DNA of 63,470 nucleotides from Octopus bimaculoides (lineage: Eukaryota): NCBI RefSeq assembly GCF_001194135.2, contig NC_068983.1, forward strand, positions 109,380,563 through 109,444,032. The letters are read 5' to 3'. The notes below the pieces were generated by a model. The model searched no databases. It saw only the letters and a list, made by a program, of their open reading frames with translations, and was not told where the DNA came from. The position numbers and the translations under genes are program-made. This document shows positions 52,006-63,470 of the stretch, piece after piece (the stretch's first letter is position 1; every line of letters begins with the position of its first letter).

Positions 52006-55000
52006 CAGTGTTTCCTAAACTTTTCAAGCCAAATTGCAATATCATCCACCTATCGGCCAAAAAATGTTCCATCGCCCACCTGTGTAAAAAAAACCCTGAC
52101 ACAATCCCCCAAATACAAATCCCCTAGGACCCCCACCCCCCCTGTGTCATTTGACATACATACTTTATTGTAGACGCGTTGCCCTGTTAGTGCCATTTGG
52201 ACTAAATATGTGGTTGTTTACAAATCTCTTATTGTGGGTTTAGTTTTGCCATTAGTGTAAATAAATTCTAATGTTAATTCTATATTTTTCAGACAGATTA
52301 ACTTCTGGAGACTTGCACTTTCTTTTACACTGATTTTCATTTTCCCCAAATGAAATATTGATCAGAACTACCAATGCAAAAATAGACAATGATTGTATTA
52401 TAAAGGAAAAAAATTAAACTTTTTAATAAAAACCATGTGTCTGGTGCGATGCAGCTAGAGCAGATACATTCGATTTCAAACTTGCCAACTTTAGCTGCAA
52501 GTCTCCTCATTGTGTTACATCCAGTTCAATTCTTTTAATGGAAAGTAATGTTCCAGCATGGCTAAAACCAGATTCAACCAGGTAACAGGTAGGGAAGGCA
52601 AGCAAAAGTAATTTCAGATGTTTCCACAGATTGGGATAGGAATTCAATATACTTTGATAGTACCAAAAACCTTCTTTGCCATTACAGCAATATCGCAATG
52701 TTGTATCATTGTCATTTTGTAATTCTATCAATTCCTCATGAACATCATCCTCACAATCAACTGCATCGACTTATAATGGATTGCTATACCAATTTGGAAT
52801 ATTCAGCAAAATAACATCTTGAAATCACTCCACCATACCATCGTGCAATGATTGTAAATATTTGTGATATATAGTTAAATCCTCATCAACTAATTCATCT
52901 TCTAAAGAATCAAGTTGTGGAAATTGATGGAATTGGCATTTTGAAATGTTAGTCTTATACAACATCAATTTTGAAATGAAGGTAGTGATAAATGGTTTAC
53001 AATCAACGAGAATTTTTCCATTTCCTTGCAATATTTATTCAAATCATTTAATTTTGTGAATATATCACAAAGAAAAAAGAAGATATCACACCTTGCAGCT
53101 ATCAATGAAGTGGATAGTGGAGTATTTTCAAAGGAAGATATGATTTTATGAAACAGTTCAACAAAGCATAAAACACAGTTTTCTTTTGACAGCCACCACA
53201 CTTCGATATGATATAAGAGTTTAGTATGGTCCTCATCATTTCTTAGACAGAGTTGACGGAAAATTCGATCAGACAAGGGACTGGACTTTAACTTGTTCAT
53301 GGTCTTGATAACTAACTGTAGCACATCATTCAATCTACTGTTTATATTTTTTGCCATTAAATGCTGTTGGTGTGCCAAGCAATGAACAGTTATAGTATCT
53401 GGTGGGAAATCTCACGCTTTAGGAAAGATGTAAAACCTCTGTATCTTCCAATCATCAAAGGGGATCCATCAGATGCACAGGCAAGAATATTCCTGAGTGG
53501 GATATTATGTTCAAAAAGGAAAGACTTGAGAGTGTGAAAAATAGTTGCATCTTTTGAATCAAGTGGCAATTTCTCTGTGAACCACATTTCCTCACAAGGT
53601 TGAAGGTCTTAGCTGAAATACCAAATATTGATTGTCCACAACAATTGACTCATCCACTTGTATAGAAAATTCAGATGCTGAAGAATATTAATGAGCTGAT
53701 GTTTGACATCGTTGGCCATTTCATTAATGCATCAAGAAATTGTGTTATTACTAAGTGGGATCTTCTTCATAATGTTAAGAGGATTTTCGTACATAACGGT
53801 TGACAAAAACCTCTTCAATAACTGGGCAAAGTAATGTTTCTCCAATTGTGTGAAATTTCCCAGACTTAGAAACAAGCAATGCAATGTTGTACATTGTCAT
53901 TCTCCTGTCTACTAGTTTCCTGGAGTAGCGTGTTGAATGTTTGTATTTGCTTTTTGAAAGAGGAGCTCAGATGCAATAAGTATGATAACAGCTTGTACTT
54001 CTTGTCAGAATGCCGGGTGATTCTGAAATACTGGTGGGCGATATGCCTTGCAGAATGCCTTGCACCAAAGTGATACTTCAAGCATGAAGGTTTCATTACT
54101 CCGTTGGTCAATGTTTGATGGCAAAGAAGGTACATTGGTAACTGACAGTTCTGAAGAGAGGGAATAAATCCAAATGATAAATAATCACTATTGTACTGTT
54201 GACAAATTTTCTTGACTGGAGGCATCAGTAAAGTGAAAATGGGAAAAGGAATTTCTACAGGCAGCACCAGAAAGGCAGTATGGTATCCCCAAAGAGAAGA
54301 AAAAGCCAATAGAGCAGAGTCAGATGACACATCTCTACTGGAGCAAATATGGATCTAGTTCGTTTGACTGCCAGTATTAAAAAAATTAAAGTTAATCGAA
54401 AATTTTAAAATTTAGAACATTTATATAGTTTTCCAAGCTAAATTACTGGAGTTATTCAACTTTTTCAAGAAAAATACTTTTAAAAGGTTATAGAAATTTA
54501 AAGTTTGATCATTTTCATCCAGTCAAGAAACACTATTTCAAAGCCGTCATTTTGTGTGTGACTGCTCATTTTGTCAACTTCCTGAAAATAGCACTTGTGT
54601 TTTGATATGAAACCACAGAATTATGCACGACCTGTAACCCGTCGTAATTTTTTTATTTTTCAACGTTTTCAGAACATTTTTGTGAATTTGAATTCTATAC
54701 TCAGGACTTCATACGATTATGCAAAAAAAAAAAAAAATTGTGGTAGAGTGTGATTTGAGGCTTAGGCCTATTTGGCTGCTATTTTTAGGACACATGACAA
54801 CCATCTCAATGACTGTGACGAAAATATTCGATAAACAAGTCTGCTTTTTTAATACAACCCGACGTCTCATGCAAGTAGTAAGTGCATCCTTATTCTAGGC
54901 ATGCCTAGATATAAGTAAATGCAGACCTAATTTCTAAAAATTCATTGTCACCCACAAAATGTTTATATCGCCCACCAGTATTTCAGAATCACCCGCCATT

Positions 55001-55059
55001 TTCTGGAAACTAGCCCATCGCCCACCAGTGGGCAATATTGCCCACTTTGGGAAGCTATG
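52006..55059 (-). mobile_element. Buster/Charlie-type hAT transposon, 3054 bp, with TIRs and 8-bp TSD
   Basis: TIRs cagtgtttcctaaa / tttgggaagctatg; TSD ctctatac (51998-52005) / gtctatac (55060-55067) fits NNNTANNN; subterminal atcgcccacc repeats at both ends. Confidence 0.9.
52423..54225 (-). pseudogene. Buster (ZBED5/ZBED8/SCAND3-like) transposase, frameshifted
   Basis: MPPVKKICQQYNSDYLSFGF..BED-finger remnant; ACASDGSPLMIG; HQQHLMAK; EVWWLSK; FPTCYLVESGFS. Confidence 0.88.
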
Positions 55060-56859
55060 GTCTATACTATAAATATTTATAATACCTAAAAACAGCTGAC
55101 ATAGGAAAAGAATGGAATTTCGTCAAAAGAAATGTTCACATTTGACTGCTGAATGTGGAAAAGCAGTCCCCCAAACTCAGTTTTCTGCCTCTCCTATTCC
55201 ACACAAAGAATGCTACAAATAACTAGGTTTGATGAAAATATATCAAATAAAGATACTGCGAACAGAGACAGAATGATCTGAGACTATTAGAGTGATCTGA
55301 GACTAAATATGGCTGTCAGAACTCACCTCTTAGAACAAGACAATATCATACAATGTATTTTCAGTAACAGTGCTGGTATCAACATTTGGGGCACTTCAGT
55401 GGTCTGTAGAGGAAAGCTATTATATAGATATTAAAATCTGCAAAATCATGACAACATCTGGAAATTTAGGCAATAACAGTGATAACTACTGGTTCTACCT
55501 AAGAAGAGTTGACAAAAGCAGAACCTTCATGTCAGTGCCGATAGCCATTGATTGTCACATAGTATCTCTCACACAGTACCTGCAAACAACAACTGCAAAA
55601 ACAAAAAATAACAAAACATAAATCTAGTGTTAAAAACGAAGAGAACAACGTCCTACGTACTATTAGTGAGTTCTACAGGGAGTACTGTCGTCTTGATGGC
55701 ATCCTATATAATTCCATAATAGCTGGACTACCCAAAACAGACCTTCATGGGAAACATGTAGCACACCAAAGAAAAGATTATGCATGGGTATATTTCTTGA
55801 AGACTTAAAGAGGGACACGAATTGTAGCCTTTATTAGACTCACAGCCACTTTATCACATTATAGTTTAAAGGCTATGCATTGCCAATCCAAGAGTAGAAG
55901 ATAAATATCTAATAAAAATAAGTACAATATCTAATAAACAAAAGAGACAGTGGGATCCTTGGAGCCTCTAGATACAGCTGAAAATGTGATGTTACATTTC
56001 TGTGGAAGACATCACACATGATCAGCAGCTGCCCAAAAATGTCACTAAAGATGCTACTTACCAATGCAACGTGAGCTTGTGGTTAAAACAATATACAATG
56101 CCATCAAAAACAAAAACAAAAAGATTATCCTGAGATAAATATAGAGAAGCTTCCTTTCATTGAATGCAGTCGTAAACATCAACTCAAGGAATATTGATAG
56201 AATGTCCCATCAAAACTTCTACTAAATGTAAATGTAACAGGCCAAATATAATTATTTGGGACAGACAAAAACAAGTACATTACAGAAGTCGGTTGCCCTT
56301 TTAGTGTGAATATTTCTTTAGAAATCAAAGAGAAAGAGGATTACTCACAACTGCTTCAAAACATTTAGCTCCTATACCCAGATAATAAATTCATATTTAT
56401 ACCAGTAAATAGTTAGTGCACTTGGCTTTCTAAGTAAATGTTAAAGGAACAATCTGGAAAAGCTACCAGTTAACATGCAAATTAGAAATACATTCTCTCA
56501 ACAGAACATTAAAAATATGCAAGAATTTTCTCAAGTTCAAAATGTGACATTGTTTTTGTTACTTACATTCCAACAATGAAGCTTTGAAAGTAAGACTGTG
56601 TGAGCCTTATATGATTTGTATTTTTAACCTCGTAATTTTTATCATGCTTTGATAATTATTGCTATTGCATTTTTTCTTCCTTGCCCCACGTTCTGATTAT
56701 TCCAGTTTCAAAATCTATGCACTTTGACACTTTCTCAACCTTATTTCTAACAATGATTTGGTCTAACAGTGTACAAACATTTATTTTTCCAATCTTTGAT
56801 TATTATATCTGGTCAGTTTGCTTTGATTCTCTTTTCACTCTGAGCCAGCATGTCATCTT

Positions 56860-56940
56860 GAATAGGCACTAATCAACTTGGATCAATCTAAAGTGTTTCA
56901 TAAGATCAACCACTGGCATCTGGCAGCTAAACTTTGCACA
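56860..56940 (+). mobile_element. Tiny L1/Tx1-like RT fragment
   Basis: ALINLDQSKVFHKINHWHL (cf. LDQSKAFDRVDH). Confidence 0.45.
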
Positions 56941-58160
56941 ACCAATTTTAATTGTGTTGAAAGACTGGATCGTTCTTTTGTACAAAAATATCTGCTCAAC
57001 ATTAACAGTAACTGGCCACCATTCAGAACTGATTAGCATCACATATTCAGTCTTTGAAAGGTGAATTAAATTAAAGAATTTAACTACCATTGCAGCCTAA
57101 TTTATGTATGTGTGTGAGTATGTTTTTGAGGATGTGTGTTTTATAACTGTTCACATTGACGAGAACAATTAACAAAGAAAAAATTTTTTAATTAATATTA
57201 TGCTTTTTTCCTGAAGTAAAGTTGCTACACTTTCTTTTCACTTGAAGGAACATTTCATTTTATGTTTTTATGTTGAATAGCCTTTCCAATATAACTTCAA
57301 AAAATTAAATTAATGAAACTTTACAAATTCTGCATGAAACACATCAAAGATTTCATATTGTGTGGTCTCCTTTATATAAGAAGCAACTAAGCATAATTTT
57401 ATATTGCTATGTCAAATATAGTTAAAATACTAAATTTTAAAATAGTAGAAATGAATAGAATATAAAATTGTAACATCATAGTATCAGTTTAACTGTTTCT
57501 TAGAATATATCCTCTTACTTTCTTAATTAAGATTTTGTAGTTCCTTACAGATACATGAAATAAAAGTCCATACTTCAAAAACTAGCAATGTATCAATACC
57601 TATAATAATGTATAAGTATATTCAGCCATCCTCAACAGTATGACATCTGCCTCAATCCAAGACTTAAATAGAATTTTATTAACGCATTTACAGAAAAGGG
57701 ATATTACAATAGAAAACTTCTAATGTGGTACATTTCTTACAACTGATACATCAGAAAGATTTGTGCATGGTTATTAATCTCTAATGTAGGGAAATCCTTA
57801 AATTTTATTGTTTGCTGTATCAGTACATGAAAGAACCATTCTAGCCTGCATATAAATGGGTCAGATTCTGGAAATAAGTGTGTTTGTTCACTTTATTTAC
57901 GGATCTTTATAGATAAACGACAAAAGGATTTAATCTCTAAAATTAATAGTATATCAATAAGTGTGCTAAATTTGTAAATGTATTTTAGTCTCTCTCAAAC
58001 CAATATTAAAATTTCAAGTTCAAATCTTGTCTTGAAGACAATCATTATATAGAGGCTCAATTTGCCTAAAAAACAACCAAGTATTATCCTTCGAGTCACA
58101 ACCTTCCATCTTAAAATGGGATCTCTATAACCAAGATAATGTAGTCCTAGATACACCATA

Positions 58161-58378
58161 TGAAGGAGTGCTGAAAAGTTCCTGGCTTTGGGTAAAAGAA
58201 AATACAGGAGAATCAGTTAATTATGACTTGATTCAACAAATTCCCTTCTCAGGTTCATCACACTTATTGCAGCAGTCCTTCAGTTTTTCTAAAGTCTTTA
58301 AAAGAACTCAAAAGGTTGGGCCTGTAACCAGACCTTTTGCGATGCCTTTAAAGCCAGAAACTTTTCAGCACTACCTTA
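58161..58378. mobile_element. Mariner-type MITE, 218 bp, TA TSD
   Basis: tgaaggagtgctgaaaagttcctggcttt / aaagccagaaacttttcagcactacctta with TA on both sides. Confidence 0.85.
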
Positions 58379-59419
58379 TACATTTAAAAAAAAAGTACGA
58401 TGATGATTACAGCTTGAATGACTTTGACCATACACCTACCCAGTGAACCTACAGTTAAACAACCACAACAAATTCTATATAAACATATTTATATGGAAAA
58501 AGTTAAGATGTGGATATACCGATTGATGTTGCCAAAAAAATCTCAGTTAATTGAAATTTCCTCTTAAGTGCAAAATGAAAACAAAAATCTTAGCAGTAAC
58601 TATAACTCTCATAGAAAAAAAAGCAATAATTCCAAGAAATTAATTAACTTCACAAAATCATTTTGCATGCTTAGGGAATTTCTAATGTTTTATCAGGTCA
58701 GTGGGGGCATGAATATATTTAAATTTTTAGGCTAAGTGCTAAAGGTGGTCTGGGCTGAGCTTTCAATTTTATCAGACACAACCATCAGAGACAGTGGCCA
58801 AATGTGTTATATTAAAGTATCAATTTCACGTGAATGAACAAGCTATGCTTACTATCTATGGTTGTTTCCCTCAATAGTCAGAAAATACTACAGCTAAGTT
58901 TAATAGTTTATTGTCTAATATGAGTTGAGAACTGTGAAAAACAATACTACGTAGTGACCTCTATAAATAGTGGAACAATGAATGTAAGACATCCAAATAC
59001 TAGACATGATTTTCCTCTATACGTGCATGTATGTATGTATGAATGAATGAATGAATGCATGTATGTATTATGGTGATGAATGCTTTGTCTTAGAAAGCAC
59101 TGCTTACACAAATTCCTGAGATGGTGCTAAAAAAGGTGCACTAAAGATTGCCTGTCATGTTGACCCTGGTTAGCTTCCTGCAACTAATGACGATTCATTC
59201 AAGCAAGAACAAGAAAGACAAAAGATGTAATAAAACATTCACAAAATATCAAGATAAACTCAATATTTGCTGCAAGAATGATAGAACTCTCCTGGATCAA
59301 AAGAAGAACAGTACTTGTGACAAAATAACTTCAAAGACTGCACACACACCCACAGTAGCTTTGTCTAAAACATGTCTCTCCAAGGAAGATCAACTTACTG
59401 AAGCATCAACTGGTTACAT

Positions 59420-61850
59420 ACTCTTCTGAGTTGGCAAACCAAAAGGTGAATGATGAAAGGGTCGCGTCGATTTTGTGATCAATACAACTTAAATGTTTAG
59501 ATCAGTTCTTTAATGTCACTGGAGCTTCACATTCCTCTTTCACATGAATGATATTTGACAATTTTGTTGGTTTATGCTCCAACTCACCATGCCAATGAAG
59601 AAACTCCCATGACATTCCATGAAAATTGTGACCCTGCTCATACATCCACACTGGTTGAGGAAAAACTGAACATTCTTGGTGATTTTAATGCATGAGTGGG
59701 TAGAGACTATGAGACGTGGGATGTATATACTTGGCTTCCATGGCATCAGTACAGTGAATGCTAATGGTTTCAAGCTACTTGAACTTTGTTCAGAATTCAC
59801 ATAAGTCATCTGCAGCACATTCTTTCATTAAAAACTTGAGATCTAAGAATGGGTACATGATTGACTTTCTTTCTACCTGCAAACATGACCTTAACAACAA
59901 ATGTATTATATGTGTGATGTAAAGTGCAGAGTGACACAGATAGTGTGAGGAAAATCAAAAGTATCAATCTGTAAAAAGATTGGTATGAGTGGGGTAAAGA
60001 TACCAAAGTCTATTGATGTAACATAATTGAAACTGCCAGATGTGTGTGAGACCTTAAACAAACAACTTGATGGTCTTGACTTTGATGGGACATCGACTTT
60101 AATAATCAAGGGTACTCAGTGTGAATCAGTGTATTTGGTTTTAGAAAGAAACATAAGGGCTGGTTTGATTATAACAATCCTACTATCAACCAGCAACTGA
60201 AAATGAAACAAGTTCTTCATGAAAGATTTTGCATCAATGCTTTTTGGTACAGCCTATTACCAAGAGGATGTATAAGGAATATAAGTAACATAAAGCAACT
60301 TTACAATGGGAACTAAGAACTAAGAATGAGTGGTAGTTGAATGTTTCTTCAGAGATTGAAAGAGCCCACCAACTTGTACTGTAGTTCCTCTGAAGTCTAA
60401 CAACACGACTATCATCGAAGCACCAATGAAAATCCTGCAGCTCTGGCAAGAACACTTTACTGATTTATTTGACAACCCATAAGTAGTTGATGACAATGTT
60501 ATAGACAGTCTTACTTAATGTAATATAAATTCACAATGGATTGATTACCATCTTACGGTGAGGTGAAAATGACTATCAAATATAAATATTAGTAGAGCAC
60601 CTGACTGAGATAGTCTTCCTGCCGAACGGCTGCAGGCTGGAAGAGAAATGGTAACATATATAGTATTTAACCTCCTCACCAAGAGCTGGACTGGCACCTT
60701 TGTACCAAAATATTAGATTGATGGCATTTTAGAGTTTTTGTTCAAGGATAAAGTAGAAAATGGAATTAACAATCACTGCCATGGCATTGCACTCCTGAAA
60801 GCTCTCAGCAAAGTGCTTGTTAGACTTTTATTGAAGAGGCCGATGCAAGATATCTGTCCTATTGTCATCTCTGAATTACAAAGTGGCTTTAGATCAGGTA
60901 GAAATACAATCAACATGATAGTTTCTGACAGATAGATACAAGAGAAATGCATTAAACAGCAGGTGCATTTATATCAAGTCTCTGTTGATTTAACAAAAGC
61001 TTTGGTTCAGTTAACAGAGATAGCCCTTTGTCAGTATGTTTAAGTGGTTACACCAAGACTTAAAGGCTTGGGACATCTGTAACGGAAAATTGTCTGATGA
61101 TGCTCTGCTTGACAATGGAGTAAAGCAAGCTGATATTTCTGCTCCTACACACTTTGATATTAAAGTAATTCTGAGGAAAAAAAACAAGGTAATATTCACA
61201 TGCTTACTGGGTGAACCATATGTCAAGTCAGATACTGTAATATACAGTACAAAAATGGATGCAGTTGACACTTTTGCTTATCTGGGCGTCATTTTGCTGA
61301 GAATGGTTCCCTAAAAAGAAATACATCTATGTATTCAGAAAGCATCTGTAGCAGTTACAAAGCTTGGCAAGAGAGTCTGGGCAAATCACAACACCACCAA
61401 CAAGACCAAGCTGAGTGTTTATAAGGCTTGTGTACTAATGGCTCTATTGCACTATTCTGAAACATGGGCAAACATTGTAGGTATCTCAAGTTACTTGAGC
61501 ACTTTCATTAACATTGTTTGAGATGCATATTCAACATCAAGTGGCAAAGTGAAACACTTGATACAGAAGTCCTTTCAAATTCAGGATGCACAAACATACA
61601 GCCATTAATCCTATCTACTCAGATGTGTTGACCAGGCTATATGGAAGATAATAGGATTCCAAACTAGCTGTTTTATGGTGTGGAAATTGTCCTCAGTATA
61701 AACAATAAATAAGCTACAAGGACTGCACAAAAGACAACCTGATAGAACTGCAAGTCAATGTAAAGAAGTAGAAAGAACCTGCTTTACAAAGAGCTAAGTG
61801 GACGAAGTTTATAAGGGAAAGTTGTGAAACTTTGGAAGAGGTTTACCCTC
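59420..61850 (+). mobile_element. Decayed RTE (BovB-like) LINE with APE and RT domains
   Basis: ILGDFNA*VGRDYETW; NANGFKLLELCSEF; GIALLKALSKVLVRLLL; ELQSGFRSGRNTINMI; DTFAYLG; same lineage as 61-653. Confidence 0.85.
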
Positions 61851-61929
61851 GCCTCAATTTCAAGTCTTCCTGTAGAAATGAAGTTGGTTTCTAACTAAGA
61901 TACAAAACTCCATCAGTGGAATATAGATA

Positions 61930-62800
61930 ACAAAAACAATGTCATAGTATGAATTTGAAAAACAACATCCATATTTTTCTGTTCCACTTACCATCTGTAT
62001 TTATAATGTGTGTGTGTGTTAGCTGTTGATTTCTTTTTCTGAGAAACCCTAATCTTTTCAGATTGTCACAGGCATTTACCTACAAAACCAAGTGCATCTG
62101 TTACTGGTGTAAATATGAAATCCACCGTAGAAGCTGAATTTCAAAGCAGTTTTCTGCAATTATCCTCTTTCTCTTTGATTTTCAAAGAGATATTCACATG
62201 AGATATGACAGTACATACAGTTTCTTGTCTGTCTTAAACAACTGTATCTCGCCTGTTATGCTTGTACTTGATAAATGTTTTGATGGGAATATTCTACCAG
62301 CATTTCTCGTCTTTATGTTTATGTATGTATTTTATAACAAGAGAATTTTCTACATTTATCCCAGGACAGACGTACTTTTGGATGGTGCTGCATTTTGTTT
62401 GACCCACAGTCTTGCATCACATAGTGAGGTAGTACCTCAGTGGCACTTTTGGGCAGTTGCTGTTCATGTTTGATGTCTTGGTAAATGTTTTGATAGGAAT
62501 ATTCTACCAGCATCCCTTATCCTTATGTTTATGCATGTGTTCTTCAGCAAGAGGATTCTCTACATTTATACCAGGACCAACTTACTTTTTGGATGGCACT
62601 GCATTTTGTTTGAGACACAGTGTTGTATCAGATTGTGAGGTAGTAGTTCAGTGACATTTCTGCGCAGTTGCTGATCATGTTTAATGACTTTCGCAGAGAT
62701 GTGAATAATCAACATTTTCAATTTCATCTGGAGGCTCCAAGGGCTTCCCTGTCTATTCTGTTTAATTATTTTGTAGTAATTTCCAGCAATTGGATTGCAA
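61930..62800 (-). mobile_element. Dong/R4 LINE 3' fragment with an internal 210-bp tandem duplication
   Basis: The minus strand aligns by eye to 56020-56230; unit starts at 62273 and 62483. Confidence 0.8.
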
Positions 62801-63118
62801 ATGCATAGCTATCAAAGTGTAATGTGATATGAGCCCAAGAAAGACTACACTTCATGTCAATATTATTGTCATCATTAAGTCAGGAAACATACCAATACAT
62901 AGTCTATTTTTGATATGCTTTGTGTTTTACGTCCAGGTTTGCTTAGGTGTATGGTAGTTGAGCTATTCATAGGTTGTATAGGAGGTTTTCAGGAAGAGAT
63001 TACTTCCTGAAGAACCCACTACCAACATGTAAATGGTTATTTTCTGCCTTTTTTAGTACAAGATTTATATATCATTTGTGCTGTTGTTATAAATATATAT
63101 TGTATATATATATGAGTT

Positions 63119-63163
<45 letters not shown>

Positions 63164-63174
63164 NNNNNNNNNNT

Positions 63175-63241
<67 letters not shown>

Positions 63242-63297
63242 ACATATATGTTTGGACATATATGTGTGTGCAGTTTATATGTATATGTAATGAAAGT

Positions 63298-63470
63298 GAG
63301 GTATCAAGTTGTTAGACCAGGTAATGAAAGTCGTGGAGAGGGTCATAGCCCAACTAATTAGGGTGAGAGTCAGTTTAGATGAGATGCAGTTTGGGTTTGT
63401 GCCAGGGAAAAGCACCACTGATGCTATATTTCTGGTAAGACAGTTGCAGGAGAAATACCTATCCAAAGAT
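63298..63470 (+). mobile_element. Start of another RTE LINE RT fragment (continues past the window)
   Basis: GIKLLDQVMKVVERVIAQLIRVRVSLDEMQFGFVPGKSTTDAIFLVRQLQEKYLSKD; paralogous to 15378-15545. Confidence 0.92.

Larger units (their letters stand above)
50540..56540 (+). mobile_element. Decayed Dong/R4 LINE interrupted by a hAT element
   Basis: KAFDSIPHSWLL, GDSL-like motif, FVDDLKLY, TFGALQWSVEE, HMISSCPKMS zinc-knuckle remnant. Confidence 0.8.

Noticed and set aside
63121-63240. Duplicated (CA)n(TA)n block
   Set aside because: Mirrors across a 10-N gap; probably a contig-end overlap

Overview
AT-rich, repeat-dense animal genomic DNA from a gapped short-read assembly (5 N-gaps, each beside microsatellite or repeat). 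The repeat landscape (RTE LINEs with (GAT)n tails, Dong/R4 LINEs, several tRNA-derived SINE families) points to an octopus or other coleoid; this is inference. The window is mostly intron or intergenic sequence with decayed and nested transposons. These include a near-complete Tc1 element whose catalytic spacing counts as DD36E (Incomer-like), a Buster-type hAT with TIRs and an 8-bp TSD inserted next to the RT active-site codons of a Dong LINE, a POGK-like pogo, a ZMYM1-like hAT, RTE and Penelope remnants, and MITEs. One convincing minus-strand coding exon (6840-6998) of an unidentified gene is present, with weaker candidate upstream exons. The most unusual structure is the RTE 3' UTR, built from swappable ~60-65-nt double-hairpin cassettes whose number and order differ between copies. 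Several fold-back inverted repeats could form dsRNA. There is no rRNA, true tRNA gene or CRISPR array. All family calls come from motif recognition by eye, not database searches.
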